Notes: generated from the sequence alone by a model not told the origin. A DNA stretch of 64,000 bases from a virus (IMGVR_UViG_2706795957_000001:1-64000); one strand, 5' to 3'. Numbered from the stretch's first letter, positions 38,449 to 48,257 are shown. Numbers and translations are program-made.

Positions 38449-40376
38449 CAATCAAGTATTGGAACGGTAGCGCGTTCGTTGATCCGTCTCAGGTTCGTTA
38501 CTGGGATGGGTCGGCGTTTGTTGCGCCGCAAGCGATCTACGAGTGGGTTGCAGATGAGTTCATTAAGCGTTGGCCTGCGTCGATCACGTATCGAATGAAT
38601 AAGGTTGGGGAGTCGCACGCTTTCGCCTCGCAGGTTCCGGTTAGGGGTTGGGAGAGTGACGCTACTGAACCGGGGCCACTCTTTGACGGTTTGTTGACTG
38701 GTAGTGGTGTCACGACGGTTGAGGTTTCTCTGAGCGTGAAGTCGGGGTCAGGCTATAGCGGGTCTGTTTTGGTGAAGCTGGATGGGGTCACGATCATTAC
38801 GATTGACGCCTACAACCTGACTTCGTACACGATTAAGACGGGTTCATGGACTGGGGTTGCCACGGAGGGCCAGCAGGTCACTGTGGAGACTTCTACGGTG
38901 CATGGCGTGGGCGTGAATGCTCCGTCGTTTGTGAGGGTCACTTCGGCTGTCCCGCACAAGGTGTCGTGGGCGGACGGCTTCAATCGCGCCAACACTACAT
39001 CCAGTGTTGGGTTGGGTGACAATTGGTGGAACTTTAGTAGTTACGGCCTTAGCGAGTATCCCAGCATTAATGGCAATCAGGCCACCGGCGCTGGCGGTGC
39101 GTCGGTGTCCAACTCGGGCAACGGTGCCGCATGGAAGGAACCCGTACCGGCTGGGGTGGACAACTATTTTGTTGAGGCTTACATCCCGAGCTTGTCGTCT
39201 GGCAGTACAGGGCAGGAGCCGACGGGGTTGCTGGTTCGGGCTAATGAGAGCAGCAACCATTACAACAACACACCCGGCAGTGAAGCGGTGTTCTTTGCCA
39301 TGTCAACAGGCAACTGGCGGGTTTACCGGGCGCGCACCGCAGCGAACTCGGGGTCCACGAACCTTCAGACGGGCAGTATGTCCAACTCCGCGGGCGGCAC
39401 GCTTCGGGTAGAGGTTCACGGCGACCTGATGATTGCGAAGTACAAGGATCAGGTCATTACGGCGGCGGATATTACTGGAATTGGCGAGGGTCGCCAGGTT
39501 GGCATCCACACGAACGGCTCCAACGCTAAGCATGATGACTTCGCTTCGGGCCAGTGCGATCCGGTTAGCTTCACGGATCGTCAGCGCATTGAGATTACTA
39601 CCCCGCACACGGTGACGACGGGCACCACTACGGTTCTCGGCTGGACGACTTCGGCGGACGAGGATGCGCTTGTCTCGGATAATTCCCTGCTGATCGCGAA
39701 AAGTAATTCGTCGGCCACGGTGTCATGCTCAATTCAGCTAACTTCGACACAAACGTCGGGAACCACCACGTGGACGCTCATCATGCTGCGTAACGGAACT
39801 GCAGCGATGACCCGAACATTCGCCACTACGGCGGCGGGCCAGTACACGATTGAGGATCTTCGTTACAACGGACCTGTCGCGGTGGGGGATAGGTTTCATA
39901 TCACCGCTCTTCGGTCAGGCGGAACCTCGCCTGGTGGGACCGTGACAACGGGAACAACACTCCGCACGTCGGAGATGCTGCCCCCGTTGCGGCAGAGGAT
40001 GACCAAGAGCGGTACTGCGAGCACGCTTCAAAACCCGGTTACGGGTTGGACCTCCTCTAATGCCGACGCGCCAAGTTGGATCGACACCAACAAGCTGCGA
40101 GTGCAGGGGCGTGGGGCTGCCGAGATCTACTGGCAAGTAGATATTGGACAACGGTCCAGCGCTCAGGGACGCACCCAGCAGCTCTGGCACAATGGCACGC
40201 TTATTGACGAGTTCATCCCAGACCCGAGCGTGAATATGGTCTACCAGCGTGGCCCATTCCAGGTCGCGGTGGAGAACGATGACCTGGTCTACATGGCAAC
40301 GACTGGAACCAGCGTCTCGGGCGGCGGCGTGGTCAATGCGACCACCACCTTCATTGAGGTGGGCCCCCGATCTTAA
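38445..40376 (+). CDS. Minor tail / receptor-binding protein
   Basis: ATGA overlap; S/T/G-rich; atypical codon usage. Confidence 0.7.
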   Translation: MTIKYWNGSAFVDPSQVRYWDGSAFVAPQAIYEWVADEFIKRWPASITYRMNKVGESHAFASQVPVRGWESDATEPGPLFDGLLTGSGVTTVEVSLSVKSGSGYSGSVLVKLDGVTIITIDAYNLTSYTIKTGSWTGVATEGQQVTVETSTVHGVGVNAPSFVRVTSAVPHKVSWADGFNRANTTSSVGLGDNWWNFSSYGLSEYPSINGNQATGAGGASVSNSGNGAAWKEPVPAGVDNYFVEAYIPSLSSGSTGQEPTGLLVRANESSNHYNNTPGSEAVFFAMSTGNWRVYRARTAANSGSTNLQTGSMSNSAGGTLRVEVHGDLMIAKYKDQVITAADITGIGEGRQVGIHTNGSNAKHDDFASGQCDPVSFTDRQRIEITTPHTVTTGTTTVLGWTTSADEDALVSDNSLLIAKSNSSATVSCSIQLTSTQTSGTTTWTLIMLRNGTAAMTRTFATTAAGQYTIEDLRYNGPVAVGDRFHITALRSGGTSPGGTVTTGTTLRTSEMLPPLRQRMTKSGTASTLQNPVTGWTSSNADAPSWIDTNKLRVQGRGAAEIYWQVDIGQRSSAQGRTQQLWHNGTLIDEFIPDPSVNMVYQRGPFQVAVENDDLVYMATTGTSVSGGGVVNATTTFIEVGPRS

Positions 40377-40717
40377 GCGTTGGCCGCTTCGAATGCCTCG
40401 ATGACATCTTCGGGCACCTTGCCGCGGTCTGACACGTCGTAGCCTTCACCCCTGGCCCATTCACGAATCTGCTTGAGCTGTTCGCGCCGGCCTAGTGCAG
40501 AGGCGGCGATCCTGGTCGACCGCTTTCGCCCTCCGACCCGGTTTGCGTGTTCGATCCACTTCTCGAGCGCCTTCTCGAACTTCATGACGTTCGATGTGCG
40601 TAGGTCGATGACATAGTCGACGCCCCGGAAGGAGAACGGGACCGCGTTTGCGTCCCCGTCGTCGATGGGTCGTCCGTCGAGGTCGTCAAGTACCGATACG
40701 TGTGTTACGCGTGCCAT
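40373..40717 (-). CDS. lsr2: Lsr2-like nucleoid-associated protein
   Basis: DDLDG...F...GVDYVIDL; IREWAR..GYDVSDRGKVP. Confidence 0.92.
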   Translation of the reverse strand: MARVTHVSVLDDLDGRPIDDGDANAVPFSFRGVDYVIDLRTSNVMKFEKALEKWIEHANRVGGRKRSTRIAASALGRREQLKQIREWARGEGYDVSDRGKVPEDVIEAFEAANA

Positions 40718-40733
40718 TCTGTTCTTCCTCTCG

Positions 40734-41225
40734 CTAGGTCTTGACTAGCATCTTCAGGTAGTCATTCGTGTTCTCAATTGCCGTGGTAGCAACCCAGTTG
40801 CAGTTGCCTTGACCAGCGACGTGTTCGATTCTGTAGGGCCCAGTGTTCCACTCTTTGGTGCCGCACTTGTCCCAGAACTCAACCCACGCTCCCCAGGCCC
40901 GCAGTCCCGCCGGATCCGCTAAAGGGTTGGTAGGAAGTGACTCCAGCCGTTTGTCGAGTCGCTGGAATTTGTCGATCATCCATCGTGCTGTCATGTAGCA
41001 GTCCTGGATGCCGGCTTCGCAAACTCCCTCGTCGAGTTTGTCTTGAATCGCCTCGCATGTGGTTCCGCAGTCGGCGATGTAGGTCGGTGTCTGTGTATCC
41101 GACGCCTCGGTCGTGTGTAGCACATAGTCAGCAAGCCGGTACAAGCCACCCCCGAGTGCTGCCACCAGCGCCAGCGACGCGAGCACTGTGATGGCCTTCG
41201 TAGGCATTCCGACCCGTCTATCCAT
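40734..41225 (-). CDS. Membrane-anchored Cys-containing exported protein
   Basis: N-terminal TM; ATG 7 nt after a -10 box (leaderless). Confidence 0.65.
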   Translation of the reverse strand: MDRRVGMPTKAITVLASLALVAALGGGLYRLADYVLHTTEASDTQTPTYIADCGTTCEAIQDKLDEGVCEAGIQDCYMTARWMIDKFQRLDKRLESLPTNPLADPAGLRAWGAWVEFWDKCGTKEWNTGPYRIEHVAGQGNCNWVATTAIENTNDYLKMLVKT

Positions 41226-41232
41226 GCAGCGC

Positions 41233-41262
41233 ATGTTATCAGCATCACACATTGTTAGGCAA
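41233..41262 (-). promoter_or_regulatory. SigA-like promoter for a leaderless transcript
   Basis: TTGCCT-N18-TAACAT. Confidence 0.55.
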
Positions 41263-41269
41263 CATAACA

Positions 41270-41307
41270 ACTGAACCCCACACTCTTCGCTGAGTGTGGG
41301 GTTCAGT
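41270..41307 (-). terminator. Intrinsic terminator
   Basis: 16-bp perfect stem followed by a T-rich tail on the minus strand. Confidence 0.8.
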
Positions 41308-41389
41308 CCTTTTCTGGTGGCGCGGGCGTCAAATCGTGGGCTCCAATCTCTGTCCCCCGCGGGCGATCCATATTCAGTTGTGTTTCCCA

Positions 41390-41482
41390 TCACCAGGATG
41401 GTGGCTCTCGTGCTCTCATCTTCCCCCCTTTGGCCTCGGTGCTTTCATTTCCTTATCATGCTGGTGGCTCTCTGGCCCTCAT
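41390..41482 (-). other. Three micro-ORFs: MRAREPPA (41456-41482), MKAPRPKGGR (41416-41448), MRAREPPSW (41390-41419)
   Basis: Each has a purine-rich SD-like sequence; ATGA coupling; repeated peptide uses different codons. Confidence 0.5.
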
Positions 41483-41525
41483 CTCACACCCCTTCCGACC
41501 TGCTGCTTTCTAACTGATGCTCTCG

Positions 41526-41554
41526 ACTATAGACAGATGCTGTGCCCAGGTCAA
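41526..41554 (-). promoter_or_regulatory. Strong SigA-like promoter
   Basis: TTGACC-N17-TATAGT. Confidence 0.75.
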
Positions 41555-41680
41555 CAGTTGAGTGGGTGTGGGCTAGCGCACTCTGCGTCGGTAGGTTCTG
41601 GTACGGTGCTATCTAGCCGTAGTGCTGGAGACTAGACAGGAGATGAATTCCTTTGAATTCCAAGCCATCTGGGGTGACCC

Positions 41681-42853
41681 ATGGCGGGTAAGCCCACCGA
41701 GGATGCGCCGTGGCCGGTAGCGGTCTACAACCGCGAAGTCGGCGGATATATCGGTCGCTTGGGGGACGTCTGGGTTGAAGGACAGCTCACTCGAGTCCAC
41801 CGTCCGAGTGGTTCTGTCACCTTCATTGAGATGCGCGATACAGAGAAGAACCAGTCCATCTCTGTCACCGCTTCTCCCGGTGTAGTGCCGGCCGAAATCG
41901 CCTCCGGTGACCATGTGAAGGTATTCGGTCACCCGCAGTACTGGACTGCACGAGGAACGCTCTCGCTGCGAATCAGCCGTATTCTTCCTGTGGGGGAAGG
42001 CGCACTCCAGGCCGAAATGGCCGAAACTGAAAATAGGCTCGAGTCTGAAGGCCTTTTCCATCCGCGGCATAAGCAGAAGCTGCCCACGGCACCGAAGCTC
42101 ATCGGCCTGATCACCGCGGAGGGCAGCGACGCCGAGAAGGACGTCCTGAACGTCGCCCGGGACCGATGGCCGCACGTGCAGTTCAAGCCGTACCACATCC
42201 CTGTGCAGGGCCAACGCTGCGCAGGACGTGCCACCGCCGCCCTGAAGGCACTGGATGCCGACCCCGAGGTTGACGTCATCATCTTCGCCCGCGGCGGCGG
42301 GTCCAACCAGGACCTCCTTCCCTGGTCCGACGAGGGCCTCTCCCGGGCCGTGTTCGCCGCTAACACGCCCACGGTCAGCGCCATCGGACACGAGAACGAC
42401 AAGCCGATGCTGGACCGGGTTGTGGACCTGCGAGCTGCGACTCCGACAGATGCGGCAAAACGTGTCGTACCCAACCTGTCTAATGAGACCAAGCGTATCG
42501 AACAGATGTTCGAACAGATTGGAGGGTCGATCCGTGGTCAGGTGCAGAACAACCAGCTGCGTGTCGACTCCATGCTCAAGCAGGTCGCCGGGTCGATCAC
42601 CGGGGCCGTCAACCGCGAGCAGATCCACCTGCAGAACGCCATCAACAGCCTGTGTGTCCAGTCCGAGGTCTTCATCGGTAACCGTGAGCGGCGAGTCCAC
42701 ACGCTCGGGGAGACCCTCAACGCCCTAGACCACCAGAAGGTGCTCGACCGCGGTTACGCCGTGGTTCAGGGCATCACCGGACCGGCGCCGGCATCCGGCA
42801 CACAGTTCACCGTCACCACGAAAGACGGCACGTTCGATGCCGTCGTCGCATAG
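41681..42853 (+). CDS. xseA: Exodeoxyribonuclease VII large subunit
   Basis: VWVEGQL OB fold; DVIIFARGGGS..DL; SAIGHEND; TPTDAA. Confidence 0.92.
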   Translation: MAGKPTEDAPWPVAVYNREVGGYIGRLGDVWVEGQLTRVHRPSGSVTFIEMRDTEKNQSISVTASPGVVPAEIASGDHVKVFGHPQYWTARGTLSLRISRILPVGEGALQAEMAETENRLESEGLFHPRHKQKLPTAPKLIGLITAEGSDAEKDVLNVARDRWPHVQFKPYHIPVQGQRCAGRATAALKALDADPEVDVIIFARGGGSNQDLLPWSDEGLSRAVFAANTPTVSAIGHENDKPMLDRVVDLRAATPTDAAKRVVPNLSNETKRIEQMFEQIGGSIRGQVQNNQLRVDSMLKQVAGSITGAVNREQIHLQNAINSLCVQSEVFIGNRERRVHTLGETLNALDHQKVLDRGYAVVQGITGPAPASGTQFTVTTKDGTFDAVVA

Positions 42854-42865
42854 CAAAGGAGAGAG

Positions 42866-43051
42866 ATGACCTACGAAGAAGCCCAGGCTGAGCTCGAGCA
42901 GATCACCCGCACGATCGCGAGCGGTAAAATGACCATCACCGAACTCCTGCCAGCCTGGCAGCGCGCGCTCGAGCTCAAGGGCATCTGCGAGGAGCATCTA
43001 CGCGTGGCCCGTGAGTCCCTGGCCGACGTCATCGAGAAAGCCAACTCGTGA
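42866..43051 (+). CDS. xseB: Exodeoxyribonuclease VII small subunit
   Basis: TYEEAQAELEQI..I.SG...W.RA.EL...C...L. Confidence 0.88.
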   Translation: MTYEEAQAELEQITRTIASGKMTITELLPAWQRALELKGICEEHLRVARESLADVIEKANS

Positions 43052-43203
43052 TGCTGCCGGACTCGAAAGCGGTTGTGCTACAGAAGTTTCCGGGTCAGCC
43101 GTATCGGTACTTCGGGCCGTTCGACGACGAGTCCGCAGCACTGAAGTACATCGAAGACAACGACATGAAAATGTCATACAGCATCGAGTTGAGGAAGCCG
43201 TGA
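43051..43203 (+). CDS. Small hypothetical protein (50 aa)
   Basis: TGATG coupling; YFGPFDDESAA. Confidence 0.5.
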   Translation: MLPDSKAVVLQKFPGQPYRYFGPFDDESAALKYIEDNDMKMSYSIELRKP

Positions 43204-43445
43204 TCGAAGATTACAAATCCGGGAAGCTGCGGTACACGCCGCCCGAGCTGGTTGAGGTCCAGTACGCCATCTGCGAGATCTTCGTTCGCGACGGCGACCT
43301 CGGCGATGGCGAAAACCCCTACACCACACTCGCTTACGACGTCGCCGGCCAGTTCTTCCTGTCCACCGTGGAAGGACGCACCGCAAAGGTGTGGAAGCCC
43401 GGAGAGGTCGACATCATCACCCGCTTCAAAGCCACTGTGGCATAA
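43200..43445 (+). CDS. Hypothetical protein
   Basis: GTGA overlap, GAGG SD. Confidence 0.55.
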   Translation: MIEDYKSGKLRYTPPELVEVQYAICEIFVRDGDLGDGENPYTTLAYDVAGQFFLSTVEGRTAKVWKPGEVDIITRFKATVA

Positions 43446-43453
43446 GGAGAATC

Positions 43454-44155
43454 ATGAGCAATAGTCCCATAGACATCTACTACTCGGCACGCTGCGATGA
43501 GCTCGTCCGATTCATCCGCGAGAAGATCGCGCAGGAGGTAACCAGACTCACCTATGAGGACGTGCCCTCCGTCGCGGGAACAACCGGCAGTCGGATGCGC
43601 AAACGTATCGACAACGACAAGATCAAGGAGCTGCGGTGGATGCGCGACCTGCTGACCGAGCGGATCGCTCCACTGTCGTCCAGTGCGCGGTTCGTCATCC
43701 TCGGCGAGGCTGCGCTGGCGATCAAGAGCTGGAGGGGCGACCCCACGAACCCGGCCAACAATCGACCAGAGCGGCTGTACTACCGCAAGCTGCTCAACGT
43801 CCACGACAACGTCCCGGTTATGTGCGAGGAGATCAACGCCACCTTCATGTGGGTGGAGGGTCGACTGTACTACTACGACCCGGAGCGCAAGGACTTCGGC
43901 GACGAGATCGCCGACCACTTCTCGTTCGACGAAGTCATGCACAAGGACCTCTGGGTGTCGTGTGACGCCATCGAGGAATGGTCGGCTGTCACCCCGAGCT
44001 GGTGGCAGGATCGGCACACCGACGTCGAGGGCTACGACTGCTGCGCGGACCCCGAGTGCGGACTCCGTGACAATCCCACCGCCTCCTACCAGCCCAAGCT
44101 GGACAAGGAAACCCGCCGGCGTCGCAAGGCCTACCTGGTCAAGCACTACAGCTGA
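43454..44155 (+). CDS. Hypothetical protein
   Basis: AAGGAG SD. Confidence 0.7.
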   Translation: MSNSPIDIYYSARCDELVRFIREKIAQEVTRLTYEDVPSVAGTTGSRMRKRIDNDKIKELRWMRDLLTERIAPLSSSARFVILGEAALAIKSWRGDPTNPANNRPERLYYRKLLNVHDNVPVMCEEINATFMWVEGRLYYYDPERKDFGDEIADHFSFDEVMHKDLWVSCDAIEEWSAVTPSWWQDRHTDVEGYDCCADPECGLRDNPTASYQPKLDKETRRRRKAYLVKHYS

Positions 44156-44185
44156 ACATCGACACTCGAGAGGGTGCCAACACCA

Positions 44186-44214
44186 TTGTCTTTGACGGTG
44201 GTTGTTGGTACCAT
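44186..44214 (+). promoter_or_regulatory. SigA-like promoter within an imperfect inverted repeat
   Basis: TTGTCT-N17-TACCAT with TGn extended -10. Confidence 0.5.
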
Positions 44215-44251
44215 CTCTAATGGTGGGTTAGACAGTAGAAAGGAGTTGGAC

Positions 44252-44464
44252 ATGGCATACATTTTCGACAAGGCCGAGTTGGCAGCACTCGCGGAGGTGA
44301 TTCCGAAGATCGACGACGCCACCGGGTCGAGCCTCGGTAACAGCCAGCTGTACATCGACATGGACCCGCTGCCGGTCAAGGACGGCAACAACAACACCAT
44401 CGGACACATCCTGTGGGACGACGGGTTCGTCGGCTTCCGACCAGTGGACGGGGAGATCGAGTGA
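44252..44464 (+). CDS. Hypothetical protein
   Basis: AAAGGAG SD. Confidence 0.7.
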   Translation: MAYIFDKAELAALAEVIPKIDDATGSSLGNSQLYIDMDPLPVKDGNNNTIGHILWDDGFVGFRPVDGEIE

Positions 44465-45207
44465 CCGTCTACTTCACCGCTGACTTACACATCGGACACG
44501 AGAAGGTGGCAGAGACTCGAGTCCCGAAGCTCACCAAGACACTCGGTCGTGTTTCGTCAACCTCCATACATGACGCTCTCATCAGGTCCAACCTGCGCAA
44601 CACCCTCACCAAACGTGACCAGCTGTGGATCCTCGGCGACATCTCTGCCGGCGGATCCGCTGCGCAGCGCAACGCCCTCGCTTTCCTGAAGGACATCAGG
44701 GACGAGACGGGGGCTGAGTTTCACCTGGTCCCCGGCAACCACGATGGATGTCACCCGCAGTTCCGCACCGCCAAGAAGTGGTGGCCCGAATACCTTGAGG
44801 TGTTCGACACCATCATGCCCTTCGCCTCGCGCAAAATCGCAGGTCAGAAGGTGTGCCTTTCGCATTATCCCTACTTCGGCGACCACACCGAGGAGGACCG
44901 GCACATCCAGTGGCGACTGCAGGATGAAGGCCGATGGCTGCTCCACGGCCACACTCACCAGGGCGAGTCGCTGGTCCAATGGTCCTACCACATCGACACC
45001 AACAGGGCTCAGCAAGACTATGTGTCCGCAGAGTGCGCCACGGAGACTGGGCTCACCACAGACTGGTCCGCACCCGCCAACCCGAGACTCGTCGGCCGGC
45101 TCGACCGCACCATCAATGTCGGTCTGGATGCCTGGGACATGAAACCCGTCTCACTCGAAACCGTCGCCGACATCATCGAATCGCTCGAGAAGAAAGAAGG
45201 TCAGTAA
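44461..45207 (+). CDS. Calcineurin-like metallophosphoesterase
   Basis: DLH, LGD, GNHD, HYP, HGHTH motifs. Confidence 0.9.
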   Translation: MTVYFTADLHIGHEKVAETRVPKLTKTLGRVSSTSIHDALIRSNLRNTLTKRDQLWILGDISAGGSAAQRNALAFLKDIRDETGAEFHLVPGNHDGCHPQFRTAKKWWPEYLEVFDTIMPFASRKIAGQKVCLSHYPYFGDHTEEDRHIQWRLQDEGRWLLHGHTHQGESLVQWSYHIDTNRAQQDYVSAECATETGLTTDWSAPANPRLVGRLDRTINVGLDAWDMKPVSLETVADIIESLEKKEGQ

Positions 45208-46424
45208 TGCCCAACATGATCGCACCCAAGGTTCTCAACTACGCGTCGCATATCGACGACAACACCATCGAGCAGGCCGGCGAGATCTCGACGCTGCCGT
45301 TCATCCATCCGCACGTGGCGCTGATGCCGGATGCTCACAGCGGCAAGGGGTCCGCGGTCGGCACTGTGATCCCGACCGTCGATGCGGTGATCCCCGCGGC
45401 GGTCGGCGTCGACATCGGCTGCGGCATGATCGGCGTGCAGACAGTGGTGCAGAAGAGGGACATCTACGACCTGGACCTGGCCGACCTTCGTGCGCGTGTC
45501 GAGGAGGCTATCCCGCTGTCTCCGGGCAACTACAACAAGAATGCCCGGTGGGCCGGTCACACCGAGGAGCGCATCGCACGGCTCGAGGAGATGGCCGAGC
45601 AGAAGGGCGTCGACCTCAAGCACTCGCCGAAGTGGCGTGAACAGCTGGGCTCACTCGGCGGTGGCAACCACTTCATCGAACTATGTGAGCAGATCGAGGG
45701 TGACGGCACCGGATCGCTGTGGCTGTTCCTGCACTCCGGTAGCCGCGGTGTCGGCAACAAGATCGCGCAGAAGCACATCAAGATCGCACAGAAGCTGTGC
45801 AAGCGCTGGCACATCGAGCTCGCCAACCCCGACCTGGCCTACCTGGCGTCCGGGACCGACGAGTTCGGTGCCTACATCCGCGAGCTCCGGTGGGCCCAGG
45901 CGTTCGCGCTCGAGAACCGCGCCGAGATGATGGACCGCTTCCTCAAGGTGTTCACCGACTGGCTCGCCACTGATCTCGACGCCGCCCTCGAGTACGACGG
46001 CGTCGAGATCGAGGAACGTCGCATCAACTGCCACCACAACTACACCGAGCGTGTCGAGATCAACGGCAAGTCCGTGTGGCTCACTCGCAAGGGAGCGATC
46101 GACGCTTCGGCGGGCCGCTACGGACTCATCCCCGGATCCATGGGCACCAAGTCCTACGTGGTCTGTGGCAAGGGCAACGAGTCCGGCCTGAAGTCAGCAC
46201 CCCATGGTGCGGGGCGTCGGTTCTCGCGCACGAAGGCCAAGCAGTTGTTCACCCTCGATGACCTCGCCGACCGCATGCAGGGCATCGAGTACCGACATGG
46301 TGCCGAGTGGATCGATGAGATCCCCGACGCCTACAAGCCGATAGACCAGGTCATGGAGGATGCCCGAGACTTGGTGGAGGTCGAGGCGGTACTCAAGCAG
46401 CTGCTCAACGTGAAGGGGATTTGA
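45207..46424 (+). CDS. rtcB: RtcB-family RNA ligase
   Basis: MPDAH, GVDIGCGM, GGGNHFIE, HSGSRG, HHNY, PGSMG, HGAGR, DE.P.AYK. Confidence 0.95.
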   Translation: MPNMIAPKVLNYASHIDDNTIEQAGEISTLPFIHPHVALMPDAHSGKGSAVGTVIPTVDAVIPAAVGVDIGCGMIGVQTVVQKRDIYDLDLADLRARVEEAIPLSPGNYNKNARWAGHTEERIARLEEMAEQKGVDLKHSPKWREQLGSLGGGNHFIELCEQIEGDGTGSLWLFLHSGSRGVGNKIAQKHIKIAQKLCKRWHIELANPDLAYLASGTDEFGAYIRELRWAQAFALENRAEMMDRFLKVFTDWLATDLDAALEYDGVEIEERRINCHHNYTERVEINGKSVWLTRKGAIDASAGRYGLIPGSMGTKSYVVCGKGNESGLKSAPHGAGRRFSRTKAKQLFTLDDLADRMQGIEYRHGAEWIDEIPDAYKPIDQVMEDARDLVEVEAVLKQLLNVKGI

Positions 46425-46987
46425 GCATGGGGTTGTCTGTCGGATACATGGCCGGCTTCTTCGATGGAGAAGGGTCGATCGGCGTCTACCCAGGAGGCCA
46501 GCGAGGACTATCCCTTCGGGTTCAGATAACACAGAACAAGAGCAGGGAGGCCTCCGAGGTCCTCGAGCAACTCAAGGATCAGTTCGGCGGCTCAGTGCAT
46601 CCGCTGAGACGTGGCCAGCGTGGCCGTCGTGACGCGGACATCTGGTCCATTGGCAGCGCCCCGGCCAACGGTTTTCTGGAATTCGTACTGGATGACCTGA
46701 TCCTAAAGAAGTCGCAAGCCCAGCTGGCGGTGGCGTGGCAGTCCACCAGACCCGATAGGGCCCGGACACCCCAGGGCAGAGTGCAGTCGTGGAGCCCCCA
46801 CGACCAGCTCCTCGACGAACGTGTCGGACTCGCTTTGCGCCACATGAAGAAGTTCGAGTTCACCGACCTGCCGGAGTTCTCTCGGAGTAGGCAGTATGCA
46901 TCCAGGGTGTCCGACCTGGTGCTCGCGCAGGTGGATGGTATTCCACCCCCACCCACCAACCCCCACGAAGTAAACGAAGGAGTTTGA
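46421..46987 (+). CDS. LAGLIDADG homing endonuclease
   Basis: YMAGFFDGEGSI...V.ITQ...L.LKK.QA. Confidence 0.85.
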   Translation: MSMGLSVGYMAGFFDGEGSIGVYPGGQRGLSLRVQITQNKSREASEVLEQLKDQFGGSVHPLRRGQRGRRDADIWSIGSAPANGFLEFVLDDLILKKSQAQLAVAWQSTRPDRARTPQGRVQSWSPHDQLLDERVGLALRHMKKFEFTDLPEFSRSRQYASRVSDLVLAQVDGIPPPPTNPHEVNEGV

Positions 46988-46989
46988 TC

Positions 46990-48257
46990 ATGACCGACCC
47001 AGTCCAGGAAGCAGTCAGCCGCGCCATCGCGACGACCATCGACGAGGACAACACCGACAGCCTATTGGTGCTCGTCGCGCGCGAGGCACTCAAGCCGGTC
47101 CAGGAGGCTGTCGCCGAGGACATCACCGAGGCCTACGACGGCGAGGATGACACGTTCGTCGCTGGATTCAATGCCGCCCTCCGTTTGGTCCGGGAGTATG
47201 TCTAATGACCAGAGCAACAAAAGAGACACGGACCGTCACCCAGCACCGATTCATCTGTCCATGCGACTACGGCACAGGTGGAGACATCGGCACATTCCAG
47301 GACGCCATGAACTGGGCATACGCCAAGGCGGACGAGTTGGGGATCAAGACCACCACCGACGACTGGTGCCGGCTGTTCCCGGAAGACGACCAGATTGCGA
47401 TCGTGCTCGAGGAGGTGCGGAAGTGAGCTACAAGGTCACCCTGCGCGACCGCCTGGCGTGGCGACTGGCCAACTGGGCCCTCGTGGTCGCCACGCCCGAG
47501 TACCGCCTCTGGATCTCAACCCTCAACCGTCTGGGCTTCGAAGAGCTCCTCAGGCGGGACCTCGACGTCGAGCTCCACGAGTCAGGGAGCTGATATGGCT
47601 GAAATTGAAACCCCCTCGAGCCTTCGAGCCCAGGAAATCTCCGACGCACTTCGGGCTGCAGACCTGGCGCTCGCGGAGGCGGGAATGCACCTGCGGAAAG
47701 CCGTCACTCTCGCCGAAGCGGATTATGAGCACAATGACGAGAAGCCTCGCGATCTGCTCGCTGTGGCCAAGCTCCTCCGCGGCCTGACGTGTGTCGAATA
47801 CCTGAACTGGGATGGCTATGCCCGGGCAAGGAGGCAACGGTAATGGCTGAGAAATTCACATCGTTCCGTTACCAACTGTATGAGGTGTACGAGGAGGGGA
47901 CCGTTCCCGGTGTTGATTACCCGCTCTTCATCACATCCGATTACGAGACTGTCGATAAGCACATGTCGAAGTATCCGATGGACGCCTACTCGGTCCGCTG
48001 GTGGGTGAAGGCGGATTCGCGTGGATGACGATTTCCAACCCATCGCCGCGGCCACACAGTTCGAGGTTGGCAAGAAATACCGAATCCGCCTCGGCGATGA
48101 CGGGCCGATCTCGACAGCGTTTTGCACGGGCAGAACCGACGACACCATCACGTTCGTACCCGCTCGAGAGGGTGGCGACAACTACAGCATCATCCACGCC
48201 TATGGATTCGATGCCGCACGATTCCTATTCAATGAAGAGGAGAGCAATGAGCACTGA
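46990..48257 (+). other. Run of small coupled hypothetical genes (46990-47205, 47205-47426, 47423-47593, 47595-47843, 47843-48028, 48021-48257)
   Basis: Start/stop overlaps and SD motifs. Confidence 0.6.

Noticed and set aside
7173-38451. Long antisense ORFs opposite structural genes (e.g. 15253..16620, 19300..20730, 26058..27299)
   Set aside because: Expected shadow frames of high-GC coding DNA; no motifs or SD
41226-41393. N-terminal extension making a 219-aa ORF
   Set aside because: Crosses a strong terminator and an internal promoter; start at 41225 fits better (kept only as an attenuation hypothesis)
46421-46987. Group I intron or intein in rtcB
   Set aside because: rtcB looks complete to its NVKG terminus; no splice-junction or core motifs seen
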